A DNA stretch of 63,616 bases from the IMG/VR virus record IMGVR_UViG_2851982317_000002. One strand, written 5' to 3'. Under the pieces are notes generated by a model, which worked only from the letters and a program-made list of their open reading frames with translations, searched no databases and was not told the origin of the DNA. Of this stretch, positions 50,817 through 60,909 are shown in pieces; the first letter of the stretch is position 1; every line of letters starts with the position of its first letter. The position numbers and the translations under genes were made by a program. The DNA comes from a virus. Taxonomy: Duplodnaviria; Heunggongvirae; Uroviricota; Caudoviricetes.

Positions 50817-51210
50817 AACTTCCTCCGGTTTTGGGATAGGAGGATTAGAACATGCATTAAATGATGTTGCAAGAATGGCAATTTACCCTAATAGTCTACT
50901 ATTCACCTCAATCTACGTCAACCAATATTTGATGTAGATTTAATTTTCTTTTAAAAACAATATGTTGTTATTTGTTGAATTTTGGGGTTAGGTTGTTTTT
51001 TGAACGTTTTCATCAAGTGTAAAGATACGTTTAGCCTTCATAGTGAGTTCAGTTACTGTCTTTTTCTCTGAAATCGGCGCAAACGTGATCATCGCTTGAG
51101 GTTGCTGCTCTTACTTCTCAAATTGTGATGGAGAACGATAAAGGTTAGAGGGCACTTTTATTTTTTTAAGCAAGTGTATAGCATAAGAATAATCTAAAAA
51201 GGGAGGTTAT

Positions 51211-51762
51211 ATGCGCAGGTCTGCATTTGTGAGGATGATGATTTTTACAACGTTGTTTGTAGGGGGAACTTCTACCGCAGTTGCTAAAAACTGCAAAAAA
51301 GGAATACCTTGTGGTAACTCGTGTATAGCTGTTGGTAAGACGTGCCGGATTGGCTCTTATGCCCCTTCATCTTATAAAAATCATTCATACTCTTATCCTT
51401 CATCCTCTATTCGAAGCTCGCAATCAAATAATTCACGAAAAACTGAAGGAGTGAAAACGACTCCTGCTGCCAAAAATTATCTTTGCCAATACTCTATTGC
51501 ATCAATCGAAAACGGACGTTTAGGGGCATTACGTGTTCAGGGATACGCACAAGTAACTTTATATGCAGATAGCTTCAAGGCTAACAGATTAAATGGAACA
51601 TATTTGATATCGCCAAAACTGAATGCTAACGGCAAGTTTATGATGGCAGATGATAAAAGCAAGGTTTATGCTTATGATTCTTGGCTATTAAATTTTGCAA
51701 TAAGCGATCGTATCACAAGAACGACAGAACAATGGGATCGATGTAAGCTCAATCAAAAATAA
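51211..51762 (+). CDS. hypothetical secreted protein (signal peptide, Cys-rich N-terminus)
   Basis: 183 aa; ATG 4 nt after GGGAGG; N-terminal signal-like MRRSAFVRMMIFTTLFVGGTSTAVA then CKKGIPCGNSCIAVGKTC. Confidence 0.5.
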   Translation: MRRSAFVRMMIFTTLFVGGTSTAVAKNCKKGIPCGNSCIAVGKTCRIGSYAPSSYKNHSYSYPSSSIRSSQSNNSRKTEGVKTTPAAKNYLCQYSIASIENGRLGALRVQGYAQVTLYADSFKANRLNGTYLISPKLNANGKFMMADDKSKVYAYDSWLLNFAISDRITRTTEQWDRCKLNQK

Positions 51763-52158
51763 CAGTTAGAGAAGCTCTTGTAGAGGCATTATTGAGTTAT
51801 TGGTTTTAATATTTTTGTGCCTCTATGGGCTTTTTTTGCCTTTTTGCAAAGTAGGAGAGAGCACAGGAATCGTTAAAATTAATTATTGGGGTATTTAAGG
51901 TTATTTTCAGGTGGTTTAAGGGTATTAAACTTGATTTAATTGATTAAAATATAAACAGATAGCCCTGCATCTTATTGATTTATAAGGTTATTTTTAAATT
52001 AAGGTAAATAAAAAATAAATAGCCATAAATAGCTATAAATACATCTAAATACCTTTATCCCTTCCCTTATGGCTAGATTGCGAGAAGTGCTTAACGCGAT
52101 TTTCACCGCCCCCTGATCTGGAAAATCCAGAATCCCCAAATATCAGCAAGGAATTTTC

Positions 52159-52452
52159 TTGCGTAATCAACATCGTTTTTACCTATTAAATCATTACACA
52201 GAAAGCCTTTCTGTAATGTCTCTCACTAAACTTTCACTAAACACGAGAATGATCGGTTTTATGTCGGATCAGATGCTAGAAACAGCACCACGTCTCACAA
52301 GGGCTGTAAGCGATGAAACCAGTGTTTATGCGGGTGCAGGTCAAAATATGGGCCAAAATCCATTTAACATAATAATCGTAATATGCACTAAGGAACACAT
52401 AGAACGCCTTGAGTTGATGTATCAGGGGAAAAGTGGTGGATTTTTTACGTAG
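52159..52452 (+). CDS. hypothetical protein
   Basis: 97-aa ORF in an AT-rich region; no RBS or motif support. Confidence 0.2.
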   Translation: MRNQHRFYLLNHYTESLSVMSLTKLSLNTRMIGFMSDQMLETAPRLTRAVSDETSVYAGAGQNMGQNPFNIIIVICTKEHIERLELMYQGKSGGFFT

Positions 52453-52916
52453 GAGCACGAGAGGGCTTCTATTGACTTTTGTATGCTATGAAATATAATA
52501 GAAGGTTTTTTATTTTTATGTTGATAGTGATTGCACATTAAAGATTGAAAGCAAATTTAAACATAAATTTTCAACACGTGAAAGAAACTTGTTCGACAAA
52601 TAATAGATTGATTTTTAATCAACAATTTCTGATAGTGCGCTGTAGCCGCATTACACAAGGCTTTGCGAAAGTGATGTAAAAGTGAAGAAAGTAAGAATTG
52701 CACTTTTAAGCTACTTTTCATTGAATTTTTACGTAGGAATTACACAGGGATTAATCATCAATTACATTGAATTTAAGCCTGTTTTAGATGTTTAATTTTG
52801 GTAGCAAGAAACACTTTTAGAAGATCATTGCACAGATGTTATGTGATAAATGGATGTAACGGTAGGTCACTGTGAGCTACCCCTATCAAGTCTGATACCC
52901 GATAAGTATAAATAAC

Positions 52917-53019
52917 ACCTGGGAAATGAGTTCCGATCTATTTAGGAAATAACCGTGGAAGTGGTTTCCTACCTACCTAGGAAATGAGTTCCTATCACCT
53001 AGGAAATGATTTCCGACAA
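52917..53019. repeat. array of four palindromic (T)AGGAAAT(G/A)A...TTTCC motifs followed by a very AT-rich stretch
   Basis: Motifs at about 52921, 52944, 52979 and 53000 (GGGAAATGAGTTCC, AGGAAATAACC...GGTTTCCT, AGGAAATGAGTTCC, AGGAAATGATTTCC), then AT-rich 53020-53090. Confidence 0.5.
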
Positions 53020-54122
53020 TACTATAATTAAACTACAATTAAACTATATAATATAATTCTTTTTTATCTTTATAAGAATAATTATAGGGATACCCGTTAG
53101 GGAGTCTAACGACTATCCCTTAATCTATTGGCATTCGCCAGAACCTTGCACAAGTTAGAGTGTTAGTCGTTAGACTGCTTGTCATAACACATAGTTTTTG
53201 TTTGTTGATGTTAGTTAGTAGATCTATGTTCGCTAATGCCGCTCACAACGAATATGTAATCTACTATGTGCAAATAGCCTACGGCTTGCGTAAGGCTAAA
53301 TAGTCTTGCGCTGTGCGCAGAACGATAATTAACTAACTACCATCTAACGATTGAAATTTACTTGTGCAATAACCTGAGCGTAAGCGAATGGTTGTTAGTG
53401 TCTATGCGCTGTGCGCTTCAATAGTTCCATTGATGAGGCTTACGCCAATCTAACGATCATCAATCTATTTAAGAGAAAATCTATTGTGCAATACTCTGAC
53501 GAGTGCAATAACCTTGTGTGCTACGCGTTAGCGATGTTAGCACATAGACACAGACAACAACCAACAACAAACAAAAAAGAATGGTTTTAGTAGTTGAAGG
53601 TTAAATAAGTTTCTACCGCTTAAATCAAGCCGTAGGCGAGCTAAACGTATATAAGGCAGGGAAACCTTAGCGGTAATAGATTAGCTCATTATAGAGCTTC
53701 TGAGGAGCTTTACAGGTATTTTATAAGGTGTCTGAAATTAGAGTTTATCTATCATCTCCTTTTCATATACCTAACAAATACAAAATAAGCCCCTTAAATA
53801 AACCTCTGGCGAGCTAAACTGTCATTACATAAGGGAATGTATTGTTTTTATCAAAACCTCGTTAGAACGCGTTTTAGAGAATAAGGAAGAATAGCATCAC
53901 ACAGAAGAGCACGAATTGCTAAGCAAAATCATAACATACTGAAAAATGATCAATATTTTATGGGTGGGGGTTGACAAAAGCCTTTAGTTATGGTAAAGTA
54001 ATATTAGGGACAGGAAAACATTCCTATCCTCTAAATAATTAAACCAATGCACCGCACTTTGAAGCCCAAGAGGCTTGCAAGGTGTCTTTTTCTTTTAACC
54101 AAATAGAATAGGAGGTTAATTA

Positions 54123-54299
54123 GTGAAGTATTTCACTTCTCAAGATGTAGTTGAAGCCTGGAAACGTGGTGAGATCAACCGCTTTAGGGTAAGAATGAAT
54201 AGGAACACAGCGCGACGCTGTGGTTATCCAGAGCGTGAAAAATGTTTTGACGATGCACTAAAAATTATTGATGAACTGCGTAAAGCAGAGAAAGAATAA
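54123..54299 (+). CDS. hypothetical small protein (58 aa)
   Basis: GTG start 7 nt after AGGAGG; hand translation MKYFTSQDVVEAWKRGEINRFRVRMNRNTARRCGYPEREKCFDDALKIIDELRKAEKE; not in the ORF track (below 60 aa). Confidence 0.35.
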   Translation: MKYFTSQDVVEAWKRGEINRFRVRMNRNTARRCGYPEREKCFDDALKIIDELRKAEKE

Positions 54300-54322
54300 T
54301 AACAGGAGAAGGAGAAAACCAA

Positions 54323-54511
54323 ATGAATATTAATTTTGATTCTGCAACTTATAACGCGTTGTTAAATCGTGCAAAGGCAGAAGGGAAATCAATTCCAAAA
54401 CTTGTTAATGAATTACTAATTACAGTCCTTACAAAGGAGGAACTAAATGATCAAAAATATCAAAACAATTGCCGAAGCGAAAGCCAAATGTCTAAATCAG
54501 AAAGATGGTAA
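54323..54511 (+). CDS. hypothetical small protein, possible ribbon-helix-helix regulator
   Basis: 62 aa; AGGAGAAGGAGA RBS; N-terminal YNALLNRAKAEGKSIPKLVNELL resembles an RHH/CopG-like fold; overlaps the next gene by 65 nt. Confidence 0.4.
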   Translation: MNINFDSATYNALLNRAKAEGKSIPKLVNELLITVLTKEELNDQKYQNNCRSESQMSKSERW

Positions 54512-55115
54512 ACAAAAATATGTAGTCGTTGAGCAGTGGTTGAAGATGTTTAAAAAGTGGTTCTCACCGTCAGGTAATGAATACACCGCTACACTGCCAG
54601 CCGTTGAAATCTATAGCTATATAGCTGGATTCAATGAACAAGGGCAAGAATGTTACGCCACTCAAAAAACATTATCTAATATTGGAATGGTTAGTGATCG
54701 CCAGGTTCGCAATATTATAAATATGTTTGTTGATATGGGAGTTCTTTCTGTAGAGGCTCGGGACGGGCAAACATCACTCTATAAAGCATTACCATTCACA
54801 GATGCACATATTACTCCCCCTGGAGAGTCATCACTACCTGATCCTTCTGAGAAAGAAGACGAATCTAATGAAATATTGAATGTTTCAGAAATCATCATTG
54901 AAGAAGAAACACAGGAATCAGAGTTCCCTGAGCGGCCCGAAATTTTTACTTGGCTTCTTTCCCTTGATAAGAAGAAACCACCGCACGAAGAAACAGAAGA
55001 TTTTGTAAAACGAGCATTAGATTCAAAGAATATCTATCTTTGTGAAAATGATTTTGACTCTTTGATAATTGATCTCAAAAGTGAGAGCACAATATATGAT
55101 TCACTACCCTTTTAA
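54447..55115 (+). CDS. hypothetical protein with HTH-like segment
   Basis: 222 aa; strong RBS AAGGAGG 6 nt upstream; HTH-like TQKTLSNIGMVSDRQVRNIINMFVDMGVL; acidic C-terminal half. Confidence 0.5.
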   Translation: MIKNIKTIAEAKAKCLNQKDGKQKYVVVEQWLKMFKKWFSPSGNEYTATLPAVEIYSYIAGFNEQGQECYATQKTLSNIGMVSDRQVRNIINMFVDMGVLSVEARDGQTSLYKALPFTDAHITPPGESSLPDPSEKEDESNEILNVSEIIIEEETQESEFPERPEIFTWLLSLDKKKPPHEETEDFVKRALDSKNIYLCENDFDSLIIDLKSESTIYDSLPF

Positions 55116-55381
55116 GGAGAATAAATGGCTTATAACATCACTATAGGAAACAAAACTATTGAAATAACTGAGAGCGGATACCACATTTTAAAAGCTATTT
55201 TGGAAATAGAGTTCTCACCGCCGACAGTGGTTAGCTTTTAGGGTTTAGCTCCTATCATCATTTTTTGGGATTTAACGCTTTCAATAATTGTGTAGGTGGT
55301 GCATCGGAAGTCGATCTGATGGCTCATTTAGAAGATACATTAGCTTCTAACAAACGTTCTAACTAATAAAATGATGGGTGT

Positions 55382-55627
55382 ATGTATAAGCGCCCAATGA
55401 AAATATTCGAAAAAGGAAAAATAATGATTGGCTATATTCAAGAAACACAATTATTTCAGATGATCCTGTCTGATGCAAAAAACTATGCTGAGTTAATCCG
55501 ACTGGCAAAAGAAACAGAAGACTACGAAGCATTAGAGCGTTATCGTGATGAAGTGCTGACGCTCAAGACACCTTTTAACATCGTATTGAATATGATTAAT
55601 GATGCATTACAAGGAGAAGCCGCATAA
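55382..55627 (+). CDS. hypothetical protein
   Basis: 81-aa ORF; start ambiguous (ATG 55382, 55397 or 55424; the last has the best RBS). Confidence 0.35.
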   Translation: MYKRPMKIFEKGKIMIGYIQETQLFQMILSDAKNYAELIRLAKETEDYEALERYRDEVLTLKTPFNIVLNMINDALQGEAA

Positions 55628-55935
55628 TGGAAGAAGATATTAGCAATGCAATGGAACAACTTTTAGATCTGACTATCTCACTACAAACAAGAATAAATCA
55701 AGCCTATTCAGATTTATGCGATTACACGCTCTCTCAATGCGTTATTAGCTTAATGAAGGTGAATGTAAGCCTTGACGATTTTATCTCTCTGGTGAGCGAT
55801 TTAGAGCTAATTGAGGACGATGCCAAGATGTGCACTCAAACCATCACAGACACCGCCAGCACGTTAAAGGCTGCAAGTGAAGAGATTCAGCAATTAGTAG
55901 ACGATTTAGCAAAAAGTGCTATTTTCTCTAAATGA
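55627..55935 (+). CDS. hypothetical protein
   Basis: 102 aa; AGGAGA RBS; TAATG overlap with the upstream ORF. Confidence 0.4.
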   Translation: MEEDISNAMEQLLDLTISLQTRINQAYSDLCDYTLSQCVISLMKVNVSLDDFISLVSDLELIEDDAKMCTQTITDTASTLKAASEEIQQLVDDLAKSAIFSK

Positions 55936-56919
55936 TAATGAAAATAATTTGCATTTATAACGATTTCATTATATAATGATATTAGGGGTAGATAAAAAGG
56001 TTTTGACTGGTGTTAATCCTTCTACTGTCATAAATCCCTGCATATGGAAGGTGATAGCCTCAAAGGTTGAGTGGCATTAACCTCTAACAAATATTACCTT
56101 CCATCTCTCAAGAAGTTTTAGAATAATCATAACTCCCTCTTTGATTGTTGATTGTTTCTACGTTGTGTTGATGAATGTTGTTAGGCATTGTGCTTAATTT
56201 TGATAAAAGCGGGTAGGTGTTATCTCCTTGCCCTTCCCGCTCTTATTTTTCATCTATGCTTATCCTAAAGCTCCTTATTTTGTCAGAAAATATTAAAGAG
56301 CCTTACACTGATAGTTATATTTTATAACTATTTACTAACATCATTAAACTATTATTTAATGACAGAAGTTAGTAACAGAATAATCTATTAAGTTGTTGTC
56401 AAAAACAATCATCTGCATAGCGTTAGCCGCAAGCAGAGAGAGTTTAGCTAAGAATGGTGCAATAAACTTTGGAAATATTGATAGCAAAACGGGTTTTATA
56501 GAATGCGGATCTATAAGCTTTGGTTGTAAAAACGATTTTCTGAAACGGTAGATTACTGTTGGTGTAGTTAATCATTATTAAAAATTTAATCTGTGAGTAG
56601 ATTGGAATAGTGATTCCTTAAAATCTGACTGGTGCATCCACACCATGAAAGATAGCGGTTGGCCACCGCGCCCCGAATAGATATTCCTGATTGATTCCGC
56701 ATGTTTTCCTAAGAGCATGTTTTCAGGAGTATCTATTCACCCTTTAAGCATATCATCAAGTATATTTAAAAAGTGTATTTGCTGATATGTTTAATCCTCT
56801 TATAGTTTAACTTATCAATTATGTAATTGCCCGCACGTTAAAGCCCCTTTGCTGGTCAGAATTAACCTCTTACGGCATTGGGGCTTTTTATTTGTCTGGC
56901 ACTAACAGGAACGTTATTT

Positions 56920-57117
56920 ATGAAACAAGAAATGATTATCAGCAAAGACGGGGAAACGATGATTGTTAGTGATGAAAACCTCATTAAGGTTGCCGCACTG
57001 TTGGGAGTTACTCCCGAAAGTCTTCGTTCTACCACTGCTCAATTATTTAAATCGGCTGATGCGGTTAGTCTTGCTGATGCCCTTAAATCTAAAATTAAAC
57101 AACTGAAAGGAAAATAA
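56920..57117 (+). CDS. hypothetical small protein
   Basis: 65 aa from the ATG at 56920 (track TTG at 56878 lies inside an upstream hairpin); first gene of a six-gene same-strand cluster. Confidence 0.4.
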   Translation: MKQEMIISKDGETMIVSDENLIKVAALLGVTPESLRSTTAQLFKSADAVSLADALKSKIKQLKGK

Positions 57118-57121
57118 TCTT

Positions 57122-57505
57122 ATGGCTAACCCATATGGAAAATTAAAAGTAGTGAATGCGGATAACTCCCGTTCACGCTGTAAGGTAGTAGCTTACGCTG
57201 CTGATCCAGTGCTGCAAGATCGCCTCGTCAAACTGGCTTCACCTCTCACTGACGATCTTATTGTCGGGGCTTTGCTGAAAGCCGATGGCACCAAAGCAAC
57301 AACCGCATCTGATATTGCTCACGTAGTAGTTGAACCGGCTTATGAAGGACAGGAAAGCGTAGTGGTTGCACATCCTACTTTCGTTATTCTGGCTGAAGAT
57401 GGGATTGAATTTAACAGCATGGAAAAGGCAAGTGTTATTGCAAAACTGCAATCTCTCGGCTTTGTAATTGCTGGTTATGAAGAACTTGCGATCCCTACGA
57501 CTTAA
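57122..57505 (+). CDS. hypothetical protein
   Basis: 127 aa; AAGGAAAA RBS; 4-nt spacing from the upstream gene. Confidence 0.5.
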   Translation: MANPYGKLKVVNADNSRSRCKVVAYAADPVLQDRLVKLASPLTDDLIVGALLKADGTKATTASDIAHVVVEPAYEGQESVVVAHPTFVILAEDGIEFNSMEKASVIAKLQSLGFVIAGYEELAIPTT

Positions 57506-57519
57506 CAAGGAAAATAATA

Positions 57520-58551
57520 ATGAATGATTTATCAACATATTTTGGCGTTAATACTGCGGTAGTAACTCCTTTTGCTTATGAGAATGCACTTAATACCCTG
57601 ATTACTAATCTCGATCTGTTCGATGTGCAATATCATACAGAAAACAGCATTCTTCTTACCGACCTGATTGATCAGTTTGTGCAGGTAGCTGGGGAAACCT
57701 CGCCTTACGCTCAAAGCGACTGGAACGCCTCTAAACGTCAGGAATGGTCAAACAAACTTTTCCAGATGAAACACGTCGGCAGTATTAACGCTGTTACTTC
57801 TCGTGACCTGGAACAATACAGCCGCCAATATCCAAACCGTTCTGATGCTATGCTGGTAGCGGTTAATGATTTCTCTGAGGCTCATTACCGTTCACACGCA
57901 AACCGTGTTGAAGTGGATCTGATTACCGCGCTGCTGGGCCTGAAAGTTGAATCTGAATATGCCGGACAAGGTGATCTCGACTTCCTCGACGGTCAGGCTA
58001 AAACCACGGTACCCGCTATCGACTTTGCATCGACAACTGTTAACCCGTTCCTTGCTATTCGTAAAGCGGTGCGCTTACAGAGTGAAAAGCTGGGGTCTGG
58101 TCTTGCTGCAAAGCGAACTGGTGTAATTATCTTTGCTGCTGGCGCTGCTGCTGATGGTTTGTCATCTAACCCGCTGATCAGTGACATGGTGAAATATGCA
58201 GGCGATGCGAGTGCTACGGCCCTGTTTACCCGTATGGTTGATTCTAACCCAGCCTATGACTCTTTCCAGATTGGTGGGATCACTGTTATTGATGTGTCAA
58301 TGTTTCCTGAGATTGTTGCTCACATCGGAGAGAACGGTTTCGCAATTGTTCCGGTAATGGATAAAGCGGCACAGTGTTACCAGCTTCATAGCGGCGTTGG
58401 TGTGCGTCATGCTGAGTTAGGTCAAGATGCCGTGTTGCATCACCAATATCTAATCAAGGATGAATTCCAATTCCCATCTGTGGTTACTGAGACATCTTAT
58501 CTGCCAGTAAACAACATTCCGCAAGCTATCATCTTCGGATCTGCTGCGTAA
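57520..58551 (+). CDS. hypothetical protein (possible phage structural protein)
   Basis: 343 aa; AAGGAAAA RBS; no catalytic motif; position ahead of a small ORF and a tape-measure-like gene suggests a major tail or capsid-type protein, but this is inference only. Confidence 0.5.
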   Translation: MNDLSTYFGVNTAVVTPFAYENALNTLITNLDLFDVQYHTENSILLTDLIDQFVQVAGETSPYAQSDWNASKRQEWSNKLFQMKHVGSINAVTSRDLEQYSRQYPNRSDAMLVAVNDFSEAHYRSHANRVEVDLITALLGLKVESEYAGQGDLDFLDGQAKTTVPAIDFASTTVNPFLAIRKAVRLQSEKLGSGLAAKRTGVIIFAAGAAADGLSSNPLISDMVKYAGDASATALFTRMVDSNPAYDSFQIGGITVIDVSMFPEIVAHIGENGFAIVPVMDKAAQCYQLHSGVGVRHAELGQDAVLHHQYLIKDEFQFPSVVTETSYLPVNNIPQAIIFGSAA

Positions 58552-58702
58552 TAAAGCGTTAATAGACGATTCCCCATCGGGGCAATAAGGGTAAAGGGAT
58601 TAACTAACCTGTAGGCGCAAATACAGTAACGAATCTCTTTGCCCTTTTTGTTTTTCTACTGTCTACAAACCCAAATAAAAATATATATGTGAGAGAAAAC
58701 CA

Positions 58703-58900
58703 ATGAATACAGAAAACCCACAATCCTTTATTCTTAAGGCTGTAAAAGAACTGGCAGCTATTAGCGATGACTCAATAATCAATGTCAGTGCCTTATGCAG
58801 AATGCTTTCAATTGATGCAAATAATGTGCGGCAGCGTGTGTTTCAGACTGGGTGCAGCACTTTTGAGGCAATCCAATATTATTGCTCTAAAAAACAATAA
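58703..58900 (+). CDS. hypothetical small protein
   Basis: 65-aa ORF between the 343-aa and 633-aa genes. Confidence 0.35.
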   Translation: MNTENPQSFILKAVKELAAISDDSIINVSALCRMLSIDANNVRQRVFQTGCSTFEAIQYYCSKKQ

Positions 58901-58934
58901 CAAACAATAATCATAATACAGGGAAACAATTAAC

Positions 58935-60836
58935 ATGTTAGAAATTACCGCCTCACGAATTAGTAATGTTGTGACATTTACCACTGATTTCAAGAGCTTA
59001 CAGAAAGCTAAGAATGAAGTGGATAAGCTACAAAAGAAGATGCAGGGGATCAAACCTGTGCAAGTGGCGGCAGCACGTCAGAAAGATTTACAGAGGCTGG
59101 GAAAAGAGATTCAGCGCCAGCATGATCAGCATGTTAAGCGGGCTGTTAAATCTGAGACACAGGCATCTAAAGCCAGCACTAAACAGAAGCTACAGGAAGC
59201 TAAAAACCTCGCTAAAGCACAGGCTAAACAAGCCTCAATTGCTGAAAAGGCAGAGATCAAGCGCCTTGCATCATATCGCCAGTTACAAGGCATCAAGAAC
59301 AATTCCCGCTATGGCGAAGGGATGGATATTAAGAAATATCACGATGCTCTACGTTACATTAAGGAACAAACCCGCCTCTATGAATCCGGCGCTATATCGC
59401 AAGCGAAGATGAATGCCCTGATCCGTGACCGCATCACATTAGAAAGACGAGCCGCAGCCGCTGCTACGCGTCGTAATGCTGCCGCTGGGGGTGTATATCC
59501 AGTTACTTCTAAGAAGCTCCACAAAGAAGGTGTTAGCGGCGGTGGCGCGTTAATGATGGGCGGTGTTGGTGGCATTATCGGCGGCGCTGCCGTTGGCTTA
59601 GGAAGTATGGCTGTATCTGCTGGAATGGAAAAAGCCCGTGAACGTATGGAATTGCAGAAGATGAGCGATCTGGTAGGCGCAGACTCCAACCAGGTGGCTG
59701 CAATGGTTAATTGGGGGAGGGCAAACGGTGTATCAAGTGCAAGCGTGGACAAGACCACTGACAATATCAAAGACTTAAACGAACGCATTGGTCATCAAAG
59801 CCGAACTGCTGAATGGGATAGTAAGAAAAAAGAGTGGCGAGGCGGGGAAGGATCATTAAATGATATTCAGAATGCCTTTGCATGGAACAAAGATAAGATA
59901 GCTTCCTACCAGGGGCGACCGCTGCAACTCCTGCAAGACGTGGTGAGAGAAGGTGAACGCCGAGGAATGACTAAAGAAGCCATCATATCCCTGATCGAAC
60001 CATTAGCAGACGATGCCAGCCATTATCTCAAGATGTTTTCCCGTGATGGGGAAGAGTTCCGTAAAACGATGGTTGATATGGAAAACAACGGGCAGCTACT
60101 GACAGAAGCACAGAAAGAGCAATATCGCGCAGCTAACAAGACAGCTACAGCCTTTGACCGTCTGACAGATGGACTATCGAATCAGGCTATTTTGGGCTTC
60201 TTTGATGGCATAGCCAACATGCCAGCACTCAAACCGGAAGAAAGCAAAGCCTTACAGAATGCAGCTTATGGTGTTGGTGCATCGTTCGGGGATTTGGCTA
60301 AACAAGGCGCTGTATTACTGACCTCTATGACTTCTTACGGGAATCAAATCACAAGCTGGATTAATAAACATCTTAGCCGTGGTGAGAATGATAACCGACC
60401 TGAGACACAAAAGGTTATGGACGCTGTTACAGATGGGGAATGGTCGCCATCAACGATTATCAATGAAGGTATTCGTTATGCAACTGGACTCGATACGAAA
60501 GATGTAGGGCGTATTGTGCGCGGTGAGGAAACACAGTCCGGCGTTCCAGGGTGGTGGACTGATTTAATTAATGGCAATGCTAACAGCTACGGATCAACCC
60601 TTGTTGCACGTAAAGCAGAAGCCTATCAGCCGACTGTAAGCCTACAACGTCAATACGCAACTCCTGTTAACGTGAATGCACAGGTTACGGTGCCGAGTGA
60701 TATGATCTCTGTTAACGTCATCCCTAACGGTCCCGGCTTTCAGGATTTAATCCGCACTGAGATCAGAGCGAACAACAATCAGTTTAGTTCGAATCTGATT
60801 CTTAGCACGTTGTCAGGACAGAGTAGCGTTAACTAA
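58935..60836 (+). CDS. tape-measure-like protein (coiled-coil N-terminus + Gly-rich hydrophobic segment)
   Basis: 633 aa; N-terminal Lys/Gln/Ala-rich coiled-coil-like region, then GGGALMMGGVGGIIGGAAVGLGSMAVSAG; overall composition reminiscent of small tape-measure or pilot proteins. Confidence 0.5.
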   Translation: MLEITASRISNVVTFTTDFKSLQKAKNEVDKLQKKMQGIKPVQVAAARQKDLQRLGKEIQRQHDQHVKRAVKSETQASKASTKQKLQEAKNLAKAQAKQASIAEKAEIKRLASYRQLQGIKNNSRYGEGMDIKKYHDALRYIKEQTRLYESGAISQAKMNALIRDRITLERRAAAAATRRNAAAGGVYPVTSKKLHKEGVSGGGALMMGGVGGIIGGAAVGLGSMAVSAGMEKARERMELQKMSDLVGADSNQVAAMVNWGRANGVSSASVDKTTDNIKDLNERIGHQSRTAEWDSKKKEWRGGEGSLNDIQNAFAWNKDKIASYQGRPLQLLQDVVREGERRGMTKEAIISLIEPLADDASHYLKMFSRDGEEFRKTMVDMENNGQLLTEAQKEQYRAANKTATAFDRLTDGLSNQAILGFFDGIANMPALKPEESKALQNAAYGVGASFGDLAKQGAVLLTSMTSYGNQITSWINKHLSRGENDNRPETQKVMDAVTDGEWSPSTIINEGIRYATGLDTKDVGRIVRGEETQSGVPGWWTDLINGNANSYGSTLVARKAEAYQPTVSLQRQYATPVNVNAQVTVPSDMISVNVIPNGPGFQDLIRTEIRANNNQFSSNLILSTLSGQSSVN

Positions 60837-60909
60837 GTTTAACGATAACTAATAATAAAGCGGGGGCAATATTTATTGCTTTCCGCTCATTACACAAGGA
60901 TTAATATAA

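Noticed and set aside
50672-50881. 69-aa minus-strand ORF from the ORF track
   Set aside because: No RBS, hydrophobic low-complexity translation; a different frame in the same region has a consensus RBS and terminator and is preferred
52917-53560. Possible CRISPR array
   Set aside because: Repeats are short, palindromic, irregularly spaced and of several different kinds; no constant repeat-length/spacer-length periodicity and no cas genes anywhere in the window
56841-56892. Intrinsic terminator upstream of the six-gene cluster
   Set aside because: The 7-bp stem AAGCCCC/GGGGCTT has a loop of about 32 nt and the T-run overlaps the stem; too atypical to call, though it argues against the TTG start at 56878
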